A stretch of 63,612 nucleotides of DNA, the filler included, from Octopus bimaculoides (lineage: Eukaryota): the NCBI RefSeq assembly GCF_001194135.2. It is 9 parts of 5 records of this genome, joined end to end, with 100 filler letters (N's around TTAATTAATTAA, not from the genome) between each part and the next. Parts side by side here need not be neighbours in the genome. Positions count along the whole stretch, not along the records: positions 5,550 to 12,165 come from NC_068981.1; positions 12,266 to 26,941 come from NC_068981.1; 7 more parts are not named here. One strand, 5' to 3'. Of this stretch, positions 10,956 to 25,476 are shown one piece after another (the stretch's first letter is position 1; the number at the start of each line of letters is the position of its first letter). The notes beneath the pieces are model-generated. The model was not told where the DNA came from, did not search any database, and saw nothing but the letters and a program-made list of their open reading frames with translations. A program made the translations under genes and the position numbers.

Positions 10956-12265
10956 CCATATTGTCGATTTTTCTTGTAATTTTGTTCATAGTTTAATGAT
11001 TATATATTTTTTTATATATTCCGATATCGATTTCTATAACAAATACTGCCACTTTCTATAAACGCATTCCATTTTCTCCTACTCGTAGCTATTTTCATGA
11101 TGAATTAGATTTCTAAAACACTCTTTTCGATATCCCTTACCGGCTTAGGCATTTAAAAAAATAGTTATAACATCATACATGTTTTTGGTGAACGTTAATA
11201 AAGTCAGAGATAAAAGATTAAACGGCACAAGAGTATAAAATCTTGAAATAAGTCGGAAATAAAACCATTTTTGTTTTTGGTTGATATATTTTACCCAACA
11301 GTCTCAGAAATTGATACTAACAGTTATGAAAATCAATTAAAGAAATATAAAAAATTAAGCAAAGAAATATTGTTTTAAGTTGCTTATGAACTGATAATAC
11401 ACATGAGTTGCATAAAATGTCAACATAATTTATGTATTATAATACGTATGCGAAAAATATCACGTTTTCGTATCTTAAAATAGAATAACAACGAGACGAA
11501 CCATGTACACACACACATGTATATCGATATACATAATTAGTGTAATATGTATTATAATAATAGTGTGGAATATGAACGACGACAAATTTATCGGCTGCAG
11601 TACAATATTTTATAAATGAATTGTCGATTTTAATCGACAAAAGTTATGAAATGATTAAGGACCATGAGTTTCGTCTTTGCCCTGACGAAACTCTCGGCCA
11701 TTAAGTCACTTTGTAACTACTGCCGATTAAAAATTAAAGTAATATTTCCATTGTTTCCGAGTTTTCTTCTATTTATTCTACCAAACCTATTTCGATGGAT
11801 AACTACGTGATTTCTTACGATTTTATTGAACATTTTCATTAGATATTCGATTTTTAATTTAATTATACAGTGAAGTGAAAGTAAATTAAATTTGATTGCA
11901 GAGAAAATAATTTTTTTTTAAATGTATAGGAAAAAAAGGAAGACATTCCTTTTGATACTGCCTTTTGAAGAATAGACATATTTAATACATTAACTGCTTT
12001 TAGTTTTTTCTTCTTCAATGAAGATATAACTAGATACGAAATTTTACTATAAAAAATAAAAAGCAAAAATGCTTGTAGAATAACAACAATTATATATATT
12101 CGTTGTGGAGTCAGGGTAAAAAAAGTTGAAGCGAAAAAGTGGAGCATTGCAAAGTCTACCTAAAANNNNNNNNNNNNNNNNNNNNNNNNNNNNNNNNNNN
12201 NNNNNNNNNTTAATTAATTAANNNNNNNNNNNNNNNNNNNNNNNNNNNNNNNNNNNNNNNNNNNN

Positions 12266-12317
<52 letters not shown>

Positions 12318-13449
12318 TGTGTGTAAATGAGACAAGGATACTATTTGGGTTACTATCTGTCTGCCTCTCTCTAATTGCATGTATGTGTATGTATGTGAGC
12401 TTGTGTTTATTCTCTGTAGTCCAATCCTCACACACACACACACACACAAAGAATATATGTGCGATTGGATTTCTTAGTGAATATTTAGTTTTGTCAACGA
12501 ACATATGTATTCCTGCATATTCCCATAAAGAATATGAGCTGTACATATTCATTTGTCTCTCGCCTCTTCAACACACATATATACACACACGCGTATTTGT
12601 AATGTGTAAGATACTTTTTTTTTTTTGTGTGTGTGAGGATATGAGAAAAACAGACCTCCCCTCTTCTTTTTTCATTTTTATTTTTTTCTGTCGGTCGAGC
12701 TATTAACAAAACTGGACAGGCTTGAGTGAATATAGCAGCCATTGAATTCTCTCCCCTGCTGGGAAATATGGCATGTCTACGTTAGGTGTCAAATCCGGCA
12801 ACAGCCACTTCATTGTCAAGATGTTGTAGTTCTAAGTATGAGTGTATGGATGTGTGTGGGCGTGTAGATGTGGAGAGGTTTGTTTGGGTGGTGATGGTGG
12901 TGGTGGTGGTGGTGGTGGTGATGGTGGTGGGTATGTTGGTGACAGATAATAGGTAGATTTGAAATCACGGGTGTCAGAAGTACTCACTACGTAGGTAGAT
13001 GAAATGGGGGGTTGTGTGGGTGGAAAACGGGTGGTTTAAGGAACGAAAGTCAGGGTGAAGGTAATGTCATTTAACTGGGAGAAGGAAGAGGAGAGAGATG
13101 GTCAGTGTAAGATGGGGACTTAGACGGAAGGATGAGTAAGACAAGGCATATTTCGATGTGTAGATGGTTAGGTGCACGAATGAGTACTTGGTTGGCTGAC
13201 TTGTCGGACGGTTGGATAGATGGATGCGTAAGTATAACAATGGATGGTAAATAGACGGTTGGAGAGATGCACGGATAGATATATGGAGCAGTACAGGCTG
13301 GTTGTTTAGATAGATATGTTTCGTTATTAGCCACACAAGGCTCAACACAGAGTGGACAAGGTACAAAGTAGAGCTTTTCTTTTTGGGAAGGGGAAGGAGA
13401 AATAAAAGAGAAATAGGGATGGGGTAGATTTTCGATCAAAAGGGATCGT

Positions 13450-13507
<58 letters not shown>

Positions 13508-13515
13508 CGCGATCA

Positions 13516-13564
<49 letters not shown>

Positions 13565-14706
13565 CTGACTGATTGATTGATTGATTGATTGACATACGAG
13601 TACTACCATAATGAATAGATAAACCCATGATATATGGATGTATGCATGATTGATAACTACATGGATTGATAACTACATAGGTGTATATGGATACAAGTAT
13701 GAATGTAGAATGACCTTTGACCCATTGAGTGGACCAGTTCGTTCCAGTTACTCTTCAGCGTTTTCGTCTCTATTGTCTTTCTTCCATTCATCACTCATGC
13801 TGTTTTCACCTCAACGTCAAGGATCATACTAACCTGTAAGTCCTTTCCCAGGATGTCTCTCCTCCAGAACTTTCTAGAACATTAGCTATCAATTTTTACC
13901 TATGGACCCCTTTGAATCCTATTTTACTCAGTGAGTGGGTACCTTTACAACCATTTGATGTCTAAAAGCTCCTGTTATATTTTTATGATTCAACATTAAT
14001 AGAAATTCTTAAAAAATGTTTAAATATTTTGTGCTTCGTAGAAATATAACCAGTTTATGGCACATAAATTTTAAGAAAACCTTATATGGATACCCACCAG
14101 CTATATGGACCCCCACCGGCCATATAGGCCCACACCGACTATATGGACCCCCTTCCACCGGTCATACAGAATCCGGCTGTAATATTATCGGTACGCCATC
14201 GATAGCAGGCACTGCTCCATCTTCCAGAGCTTCAAGTAAAGACAGAAATAGAAGGAGAAAAATGTATGAAAAAAAGGTAGGAATCACAGATAGCCAGTAG
14301 ATTAGTTGGTATCAGTTGAAGGAGGAGACTGTTTTAAAAAGTGGTGGGGAGAGAAGAAATGAGAAAGACAAGAAGGGAGATTGAGTAGAAGAGAAATAGA
14401 AAGAAGCTGGTGTTAGTTATTAAGAGGGTTGACCGGTTAAAAAAATGAACTCCTAGTTAGTAGTGGTTTGGAACCAGGACTAACTGACCCTCCTTCATGT
14501 TAACCTACCAACGCTGCTACAATACAAAAGCACAAACAACAACAACAACAATAAAATAACAATAGTAATAATAATAACACGAAAATTTGAAAACAAACTT
14601 CAGAAAAGAAAAAATAAGAACAAAATACTATGAAACAAGTGTCAAGCCAACCTACTACTACTACTACTACTTCCTCCACAACTCCCACCAATGCAACCTA
14701 CCTCCC

Positions 14707-14740
<34 letters not shown>

Positions 14741-14795
14741 TGTGTACATATACATCTATACATATATATACACATAAGTAGAAAGATAGATAGAC

Positions 14796-14876
<81 letters not shown>

Positions 14877-17653
14877 CAGACAAATAAACAGACAGAGATT
14901 GACAGACATAACCGAAAATTATTTACCTAAACGCTTTCATAGGTCCCGGAAAATATACGAATATACGGCATAGGAAAAAGGTACGCATCTCTTTATAGCT
15001 TTTATTCTATCGACCGTAGGAAGATTGAATAGAATTTTCAATCCGGGTGGCTTTGAACTGCACAACGTAAAGAGGCGTAACTGAACGTAGCAACACCTTT
15101 CCTCTGGCATTCTATCAATTCAGTCATAACTTATTATATTGGTAAGACATAAAGTCTATGACGAGTTTACTGAGGTAGACTTTATGGCTTTGAAATCTAT
15201 GTCACAAATTTTTAGTACTTTGCCTCTACCTTAAATCTTTTTTTATATCATTGTATTTCTGTTTTATGACACTATACTGCAAGTTGTTTTCCTTTCTGAC
15301 CGAAGAACCCTATGATCAAAGCATGTTTGTCGTGACTACCCCGCCTTTGCATTCCGAGCATAATGTAGTGTATGATCTGCGGGGAAAATGGCTGCTCTTT
15401 CTTTCATGTCATCTCATCATGTTGAATTCTCCGAGTCGATAATGTTTCGGTGCTCAACTCAGCTTTATCACACGCGGTGTTCACTGATTAAACAACTCAT
15501 TAGATTTGTGTACCAGCCATTGCACCCGTGCAGGTCTCAGGCCAGTCATGATTGAAGAGACTTGAAACCAAAGGCGTTCCAGATGTGAAAATCCCGTCTT
15601 TTACAGGCATGAGACTACATTATACAATGTTTTCTTACTCTTGTTAGGACAGAAATGAGTGAAGAAGGAAATTTCTTGGAAGTCAGACAACAATTAGACA
15701 CCCCCTCATTAACTTGTATGACATTATGATAACGAAACCAACTGCAACAACAAGAGCAGCAGCAGCAGTGATTTAAAGAAGACTTGCCAGCTATTTCCAG
15801 CAGGTCTTGTGACAGCTAAGGGGCTCCTTTGTTAGTATTCTTGCTTGGTTTATTCTACTAATGACTTTAAAAATGTACTACCTCAGTAAACGATCTTTTT
15901 AGGTGAAAGTACACTCATTCATCAACTACATACTATACGCTGGGGTGTCTTAACAGCATTACAGGTTTCTAAGCAAAGCAGTGCTGTGGGATCACACTCT
16001 ACACAACCATAACAAACATGAATTAGCGTTAGGTCCCTAGACTTGAGGGCTTCTGAGCAACTGCTCACGGTGCCTCTGTTTTAAGGCAGCACTGACTAAA
16101 TACAAGCTACGGATCTGTCGTCTGTACCTTTCAAAAATAGGAACTAATTTTCCTTCAAAATCTGCATACCGTCTTAAAAAGGGAAGAAGCCATATACATT
16201 AAAGATAATGTGATCATGGAAACATTATACTTCAAGGAAAGGCTGTAAGACGACAGCTCCAGCGTCTTGAACGCCTTTGATCTTAGTTCTGCTCCATCAA
16301 CTCTGACACCACTAACAACCTATCAGACACTCTATATTAAATTAAGCCAGATACCTTAACCATGAATCGAGGTAATCGTTCTAGACTATTCGACACTAGA
16401 AAAGTAGAATATGATAACGAACCATTAATTTTTGAAAAAAACAAAATTTGCTTTGATATTCCCACACTACACCAAAGCACTGTTATAAAATGTTTCAGTG
16501 TGGAAAAGTGTGGGCTCTTTACCTTACAATGAGACCTGGTTTACCATCGAAGTTTTCTCTCTTCTTCCTTTAGCTGTATTAAACCTTTTTATGAACATAT
16601 TTGTTATTGGCCAAAGCAGACTAGCTCCAGTTTCCTAACTACTAAACCTTCGCTTCAAGACGAGGTTTAGTGGTTAGATTTCTAAATCTATTCCTTCAGA
16701 CGCAGACCATCACAAACATTCCTCCTCACGTGAATACCCAAACTTAAGACATGATCCTAATATTGATTCCATCTATCTATATGACGGTTTCAATTCATTT
16801 ATCATTTCCATTCTTCTTACTCTTTTTATGTAGATGCTCCAAGGAAAGCCTTCATTGAGCATGTCATACAATCAAAATAATTACACTCATGACCATCCCA
16901 TTTAATTTTCAGGCAGTGTTTCTCAGACAATACTATAAAATGTGTCCATCATCTATTATAACAGAAGATCGTAATTTCAAAAAAAAATTAGCTACTATTT
17001 CTAACAAGTCGATCAAAGCGTAATGTGCAAAATTGCAACACCATCACCATTTTTTTTTCTTTCCTTTTACATTGGAGTCCACTCTATTCGGGTTAGTTTG
17101 CCAGTCTGATGATAATATACTTGTCGCTTCTTTCATTATGAAGGGCCCCCAACAAAAGTGTTTTGGATGCTATTTATTCTCCTTGGACTATGTCACTGTA
17201 TTATATATATATTTTTACTTAGTTTTGCTATCGTAACCAATCTTTCCATCCATTGATCAATGCATATGTAAATACAGTATATCGAATTAAGAAGTTCTGG
17301 ATCTCAAAGAATATGTAAGCAGAATGAAATAAAGAAAACAAACATCATATAGTGGTTGGTTTTCCTAGTGTTTAATGAACACTGGGCCAGCTAACTTTCT
17401 GATTGTTGTTGCTGTTGTTAGTGCTGTATGTAGTGGTGTCAAAAAGAGTAAATAATGGTGGCACAAAGGAATATGTCGCTCCTAGTGTGGTGCTGGTGGT
17501 AGTGGTAGTGAGTGTGGTATAGTTGTATATGATAGCAGTTTTGATGTTAACAGTGGTAATGAATGTACTTAAATACAGGGTGTAAACATGGTATAAAACC
17601 CACCACATACGTGTATAAATGAATGTATGCATGTATATGTTTGTGTGTGTCGT

Positions 17654-17691
<38 letters not shown>

Positions 17692-18644
17692 TAAAAGGGG
17701 GAGAAAGAGAGCCAAAGCAGAAAGCAAAAACATAGGGTGAAATGACAAACAAGCAACAAACAACACGTAAAGACAAAGAGTGAAAGACAAACGTAGAGAT
17801 ATACATGCAAACATACGCACACATCCACACGCACAAACACTTTCACAGACGTAAATGTACTAAGTATATCCATATGTATTTGTGTCCGTGTGGATATATA
17901 TGTATGTATGTATATATATATATATATATATAACGTGAGAGAGTTAGGGGTTGGGGGTTCAACCCACTAAGGGATAGTATCTGTGNNNNNNNNNNNNNNN
18001 NNNNNNNNNNNNNNNNNNNNNNNNNNNNNNNNNNNNNNNNNNNNNNNNNNNNNNNNNNNNNNNNNNNNNNNNNNNNNNNNNNNNNNNNNNNNNNNNNNNN
18101 NNNNNNNNNNNNNNNNNNNNNNNNNNNNNNNNNNNNNNNNNNNNNNNNNNNNNNNNNNNNNNNNNNNNNNNNNNNNNNNNNNNNNNNNNNNNNNNNNNNN
18201 NNNNNNNNNNNNNNNNNNNNNNNNNNNNNNNNNNNNNNNNNNNNNNNNNNNNNNNNNNNNNNNNNNNNNNNNNNNNNNNNNNNNNNNNNNNNNNNNNNNN
18301 NNNNNNNNNNNNNNNNNNNNNNNNNNNNNNNNNNNNNNNNNNNNNNNNNNNNNNNNNNNNNNNNNNNNNNNNNNNNNNNNTATATAAATATATAAATATA
18401 TATGTATGTATGTATATATATATATATATATATAACGTGAGAGAGTTAGGGGTTGGGGGTTCAACCCACTAAGGGATAGTATCTGTGTGTGTATGTATGT
18501 ATGTATCAGTAATAATTGCTTCTCTCTGTGTGCGTAAATCTTAAAACGTGATCGTATATCAATACCTCCAGGTTTATATTTGTACATCCATATGTGACAT
18601 TATGTCTATGAGCATGTGTGTGTGACTGTGTGTGTGTGTGACTC

Positions 18645-18689
<45 letters not shown>

Positions 18690-19614
18690 GAGCGAGAGAG
18701 AGAGAGAGCAAATGCGAGTTCCTTGTATTTTTCAGTGCTTTTGCGATTAGAAACGTTTATATACGCCTTGCAGTTGAACCACTAGACACCACTGTATGCG
18801 TACGTCTTTTCAGCATCTTTTCTTTCTACACACACACACAGCGGCACAGTCAAACGCGCTCTCATACGGACGAAACGTTTATCTTAATGTCTTCTTNNNN
18901 NNNNNNNNNNNNNNNNNNNNNNNNNNNNNNNNNNNNNNNNNNNNNNNNNNNNNNNNNNNNNNNNNNNNNNNNNNNNNNNNNNNNNNNNNNNNNNNNNNNN
19001 NNNNNNNNNNNNNNNNNNNNNNNNNNNNNNNNNNNNNNNNNNNNNNNNNNNNNNNNNNNNNNNNNNNNNNNNNNNNNNNNNNNNNNNNNNNNNNNNNNNN
19101 NNNNNNNNNNNNNNNNNNNNNNNNNNNNNNNNNNNNNNNNNNNNNNNNNNNNNNNNNNNNNNNNNNNNNNNNNNNNNNNNNNNNNNNNNNNNNNNNNNNN
19201 NNNNNNNNNNNNNNNNNNNNNNNNNNNNNNNNNNNNNNNNNNNNNNNNNNNNNNNNNNNNNNNNNNNNNNNNNNNNNNNNNNNNNNNNNNNNNNNNNNNN
19301 NNNNNNNNNNNNNNNNNATATATATATATATATATATATAATATATATATAAATATATATATATATCTAGATATAGATATATAGATGCATATTTACATAC
19401 ACACATGCACACATATTTACGTACACACACACACAAACATACATAGATATATATGTATGTATATACGTATATGTGTGTGTGGACGTTTAGATGTATTTTT
19501 GTATTTCTCGCTCTTTCTTTCTCTCTTTCTCTCTCCCTTTCTCTCTGTCGTGTGTGAACAATCTATGATACCCTTATATTGTTATCGTGTTGCTGAGTCG
19601 CCCTTGAATGACAG

Positions 19615-19679
19615 CCTTCAAATGCTGATATGAAACCTGATATGAGCCCCTCTAACAGTTCCATTGTGGGAATCCGTAT
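19615..19679 (+). CDS. Candidate internal coding exon (PSNADMKPDMSPSNSSIVGIR), unidentified gene
   Basis: gacAG acceptor (weak pyrimidine tract), open frame, strong AT|GTAAGT donor at 19680; phase-compatible with the next candidate exon. No family recognised. Confidence 0.38.
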
Positions 19680-19798
19680 GTAAGTTTACAGATCGCATTG
19701 TTAGGTTTCCCGTCTTCTGGCAATCACAGAATAGGATGCGTTGATTCTTGTTTTTTTGGGGTTTTTTTTCGAAACATACATTATCATCACTCCACTAG

Positions 19799-19871
19799 GG
19801 ACAATGAAGGAACTCTCTATGGGATTGCTAAACCAGTCAGAAAATATACTATTCTTGGAGAAATGGGATAG
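19799..19871 (+). CDS. Candidate terminal coding exon ((M)DNEGTLYGIAKPVRKYTILGEMG*)
   Basis: ccactAG|G acceptor after a T-rich 119-nt intron; AT|G completes Met; followed by about 2 kb of TE-free, 3'-UTR-like sequence. Confidence 0.35.
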
Positions 19872-20990
19872 AATACCTTCCTGCTGGATTGGAGTTGACC
19901 AGGTGTTAAATAACAAGAACAAAAGTGACATTTACATTTTCAGTATTGTAAGAAAAGGCTGTAAATTTGAGATGTCCTGGTTCCACATTGGTTCCCATGG
20001 AGACCATTTTATTACAGTAAAGTAAAAGTAGCTTGAATGATATGGTCGCGTAACAAAATCCTTTGGTCCTACAATGGTCATTCTTCTAGAAACAGTAGAA
20101 AGAACTAAACGGTTGTCGTTTAGTTCCAACATGTATAAGTTGAGGTCAGCACAAAAACAAAGACAAAAAGAATCGAGAAGAAAGGGAGTATTAGGGGGTG
20201 ATGCTTTCGAGAGAAGGATTGGGTAAAGGGGTCGATGCGGAGACTAGGCATGATACACGATATATGTATTGAGCAATGACGGTTGTGTTGAATGGATGTT
20301 TTACATAACTAATGGAGGTCTTATATAACTAACTCCTTTCCCCTGAAGAGAAGCCGTTGTAATAACGATAACAGCATATCAATGGACCGTAATATCGTGT
20401 GCTGACGAGTGAATGATTCGTCACCAAATCAGTTAGTTGACCTTTAGAAAACAGTGTAGGGTGTCTATGATTAACTTATGAAGAGATTTTTCTAACTGAA
20501 AAGTACAGTCCATTAAATCACTCCTAATGTATAACTGGTATTTATTTTGTTGACCTTCACATTTTTCTGCGAATGATTTGATCCAGGAGAGAAGTGTGAA
20601 ACCATAAATCTGATGCGAAGAGAGTTATTACCGTAAAACAGCTAAAGACGCCTCTTTACCCTTTTTGTAAATGTAATTGTACAAGGATAAATGATTCAGA
20701 ACTATTAAAAGAGATTACAAACGCTGCCCCCTCTTTGACATCACTAAATCAATCTGAAAAATAAAGAAAAATAGAAGAAAAAAAAAAGAGAACAATTTTA
20801 AAAGTAACGGAAAGAAAATAAAAATTATTCGTAGGAAACGGCAACCATCTTGTCTCCTCAAAATATCGGTTCAACTAGTTTTACAAATTACNNNNNNNNN
20901 NNNNNNNNNNNNNNNNNNNNNNNNNNNNNNNNNNNNNNNNNNNNNNNNNNNNNNNNNNNNNNNNNNNNNNNNNNNNNNNNNNNNNNNNNC

Positions 20991-21023
<33 letters not shown>

Positions 21024-21899
21024 TGTAAGATTCTAGGAAATACATAACGTTTTTTTCTCTTCTTTTAAGGGCATTTCAAATAGATAAAAAGAAATAAAAG
21101 AAATCAAGGAAAAAAGAATTTAAAAAATAAGCAAAGAACTAAAGCAGTAGAGAAAACTTTAAAAAAAAAAGCCCTAAACCCTTGGAAACCATTAATAAAA
21201 GCTAAATCCGTAACATACATTAAACAGATACCTTATGCCTATGTTTTAGTCCCCACTTCTATCATCTACTTCTCTCTACTAATTAAATTACTTAATGCTG
21301 ACAGTAACGTCATTTGATCATCGGCTTTTAATTTTACGCCCTCAAGGAGAAAAAAAAAAAAACAAGAGAATTTTGTTGTAAACATGTGAAAAACAACCCC
21401 CTGCTCCATGTAATTTTGAAGCGATTCGCCCTCTAAACACGGCTCTTTTGCTCGTCCAAGCAGTTATTAATCTTTCTGGTACCACCCGACTGTCAACTGG
21501 TTAAGATAAATTCAACTTTTTTTTTTTTCTGTGAGAGAAGGGAGTATTTTTTGTTGTTTTTGATTTTTCAGAAGAGGGTTTCTTGTTTTCAATGCAACAG
21601 AAGTCAACAATTATTGGACAACAATATTGTATCCTTGAATAAGTTCTACTATTTTAGATGAAAATACAGTCCGTTAAAAGCTCCTGTTTAGCCTCAGAGA
21701 AGCAGATCTATATATATTGCTGGTACATGCTCTCATAGTCTTCTTTCAATATACGTATGATGCCGATTAAATCTGTTAAATCTGAACTCAGAATTTCAGT
21801 TAACCGACTAAAGTTTGGTTCTGTAAAATAAAATTTACACCGATTTTCAAACGCCACATCTTTCCACGTCGTTTGAATAATACAATTAATCCTGACTTA

Positions 21900-22300
21900 G
21901 TTGTTGTTGTTGGCACTCCGTCGCTAACGACATCGAGGGTTCCAGTTGATCCGATCAACGGAATAGCCTGCTCGTGTAATTAACGTGCAAGTGGCTGAGC
22001 ACTCCACAGATACGTGTACCCCTTAACGTAGTTCTCGGGGATATTCAGTGTGACACAGTGTGACACAGTGTGACAAGGCTGACCCTTTGAATTACAGGCA
22101 CAACAGAAACAGGAAGTAAGAGTGAGAGAAAGTTGTGGTGAAAGAGTACAGCAGGGTTGGCCACCATCCCCTGCCGGAGCCTCGTGGAGCTTTAGGTGTT
22201 TTCGCTCAATAAACACTCACAACGCCCGGTCTGGGAACCGAAACCGCGATCCTATGACCGCGAGTCCGCTGCTCTAACCACTAGGTAATTGCGCCTCCAC
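21900..22300 (-). mobile_element. Full-length family-B SINE
   Basis: Near-identical to 5040-5420; carries a duplicated GTGTGACACA motif; (GTT)n at its 3' end. Confidence 0.88.
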
Positions 22301-24749
22301 TCTGACTTAGAACACATAATTATATAACGAAAATAGTTTTCTCAGCGACTTCATTGGACATTTAGTATGTTAGATGGCTTGGTTTCAAACACTGGTTCAA
22401 TTTTTCGTTTCAAACTCACACTGATTTACGAACTGATGGCATACATAGTCTTTGTAGAACGTCCCAGGCTGTTGAGTTTGATGCAGTTGAAACATTTTCA
22501 ACAGAGTTTGCTGAAAGTGAAAACTTTAACAGTGCTCAGTTTCCAGGAACTTGCAAGAAGAATTAAAAACGAATTTAAAGCAAGGAAAATTTTGAACGTT
22601 TTTTTTTTTTGCTACGTTTATATGAAGGGAGATAAAATAAGGGTTAAAGGTGTGTGTAGCATACGAGTTTGAATGACGTTATATTCAGCCTATTCAATGT
22701 AGAAGGAACAATTGCACTTACTTTAAAAACTAGGTACCCAAATAATTATTGCGTTGTTGTCGGTGGTGGTGTCAACATGATGATCTTGAATATTCGGTTA
22801 GCCTTAATAGAACAAAACTATAACCTAAAGCATTTCAGCAGTAGCCACCCAGTCATTTGATATATGCAACGGACTAAGTACTAAGTGTTCTATTTTTTAA
22901 AGGACATTAGGTTAAATTTGATGAAAATTCTCTTACTAATATTTCTGTTTGAACAACATAAAAGATTTCTCTGTGGCTTATCATTTATTCATTGTTTCAG
23001 ATTGCTGAGTGGAAATTTATCAATCACATTGGTTAGGTCGATGCTAAGATACTTAACGTAGTCAGCCAAGAAATGTTGAATATTTAAAATTGTATCGTAG
23101 TGAAGAGACAGATTTATTTGCTTAATTCTGGTCAAGAAAGGCAAGGAAAACAATTCTGAAATATTAATTAATTGAAATTTATTAGCAATAATGTTGATAT
23201 TTTCCTCATTAATCCATCAGAAAAATATTTTACTTTATGTCAGAGCACGTTGTCCAAAATTATTATGTGAGAAGGGGCACCTCCATCCAGAGGCATGGGC
23301 AGCGCTTAAATAGGTTTCGTGGTGGTGATTTCTGTTTGAGTTAATACTTGTTTAGGGTTTAAAAATTTTCTAGACTTGGAAAGAGAAGTAAACCATAAAC
23401 TACTTATTTGTATTTATTTGTAAATTTTTAATTCTCTTTAAAATGGTTCCAGCTAGTTGATTTTAGCCATAGCTGGGACACCTCAATTATTTGTTTAGAT
23501 TGATAAACGCCATTACAAAGAAGAAGAAAAATAAGAAAGGAAAAAAAAAAAAAAAAAANNNNNNNNNNNNNNNNNNNNNNNNNNNNNNNNNNNNNNNNNN
23601 NNNNNNNNNNNNNNNNNNNNNNNNNNNNNNNNNNNNNNNNNNNNNNNNNNNNNNNNNNNNNNNNNNNNNNNNNNNNNNNNNNNNNNNNNNNNNNNNNNNN
23701 NNNNNNNNNNNNNNNNNNNNNNNNNNNNNNNNNNNNNNNNNNNNNNNNNNNNNNNNNNNNNNNNNNNNNNNNNNNNNNNNNNNNNNNNNNNNNNNNNNNN
23801 NNNNNNNNNNNNNNNNNNNNNNNNNNNNNNNNNNNNNNNNNNNNNNNNNNNNNNNNNNNNNNNNNNNNNNNNNNNNNNNNNNNNNNNNNNNNNNNNNNNN
23901 NNNNNNNNNNNNNNNNNNNNNNNNNNNNNNNNNNNNNNNNNNNNNNNNNNNNNNNNNNNNNNNNNNNNNNNNNNNNNNNNNNNNNNNNNNNNNNNNNNNN
24001 NNNNNNNNNNNNNNNNNNNNNNNNNNNNNNNNNNNNNNNNNNNNNNNNNNNNNNNNNNNNNNNNNNNNNNNNNNNNNNNNNNNNNNNNNNNNNNNNNNNN
24101 NNNNNNNNNNNNNNNNNNNNNNNNNNNNNNNNNNNNNNNNNNNNNNNNNNNNNNNNNNNNNNNNNNNNNNNNNATATATATATATATATATATATATATA
24201 CGTATATGTAGTTGTTTGTGTATCTATGTGTCTCTACGATTCTATATCCATGTGTATATCTTATCGATATAACTAACGTAAAGTCTCTGGTAAGCAATAT
24301 ACACATATATATTTTCTATCTTACCTTCATCTATCTGCTTATCTTTCTACGCATATTAACACATTCGCGCGCGCGCGTAATCTTAAAAAATCTTAAGGAC
24401 TATGAACTGTCAAATCGTATGTCAAATTAGAGTCATGCGCTACATTTGTGAGGCTTCATCAGGGTTTCAATTTCCAAATGCACTTATGTAAAACTGGGGC
24501 AAGATAAATGCTGAACACCATTTTATTCTATAATTGTGAAAAATACTGCACATAGGTAATTTATTCTTGGAGATATGCCCCACGGCGTCTTCTTTAAAAT
24601 TTGTGTTTGAATTATGATTCTTACATTCATAAACTTATCATATTTCAAATATTTTATCATATGTTTACGCTGATCTTGTCCCTTGCTTAATTTTCTTTTT
24701 TTTTTTTCTATGTACCTGTAGATATAAAGAAGTGATATGAATTTATACA

Positions 24750-25442
24750 TACAGGATATTCTGGGTGGGTGGAAAGTAAGTAGGCATTAAAATTGTTAAT
24801 AAAATTCAGATACCTTTGCAAATTCTTTGAAACAAGTGTTATATGTTCTTTATTACATGGGGAATTGAAAATAAATTTTCATATTTCTACATTATCACCG
24901 GTGGCGTAAACTAGTTTCATCGAACGGCCAGATATGGAACGAGCAACATACTGAAGGACGTCGTCTGGGATATCACTGAGAACCTCCTGAATCCATATCT
25001 CCAAGTTATCCAGCGTACCAGGTTTTTTGTCTTGTACACCTCCTCTTTTGTATAACTTCCACAGGTAAAAATCACATGGAGTGAGATCCGGACTTCTTGG
25101 AGTTCTGGACTTCTGGACATCTGTGGTCACAGTCTTCAGGTTTTAGCTCCTGCACGTTCACAGGGCCCGTGGTCAGCAGCATTGCATGACAACTTTTTAT
25201 TGTCTCCGGACAGTGTTGCATGCTTACCTTTCCATGCACGCCACGATCTCTGAAACAAGACAATGGAATTCCACACTTCATAGCGTGCTGCTATCTCCTG
25301 AACAGTCAAGCCACCAACCATTTGGAATATAATAAATAATATATAAGTCAATAAGAAAATTAGAAAACCCCGTTAATGCTGTCTGTTTAGAAAATATTTT
25401 TGTCATAAACAATTTCTAATGTCCAATTACTTTCCACTTACC

Positions 25443-25447
<5 letters not shown>
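24750..25447 (-). mobile_element. Internally deleted Tc1/mariner-superfamily transposon (maT/DD37D-like) with both TIRs
   Basis: TIRs TACAGG...GTGGAAAGTAA...CATTA.AAATTGTT at both ends; N-terminal HTH-like MVGGLTVQEIAARYEVWNSIVLFQRSWR fused to C-terminal PRSPDLTPCDFYLW...KPGTLDNL. Subfamily call is tentative. Confidence 0.85.

Positions 25448-25476
<29 letters not shown>

Noticed and set aside
17897-18486. Identical ~85-bp segment on both sides of a gap
   Set aside because: Identity and position at contig ends indicate an unmerged overlap rather than a duplication.
19741-20025. 94-aa ORF from the track
   Set aside because: It starts in a T-rich tract with no recognisable domain; a different frame fits the splice signals better.
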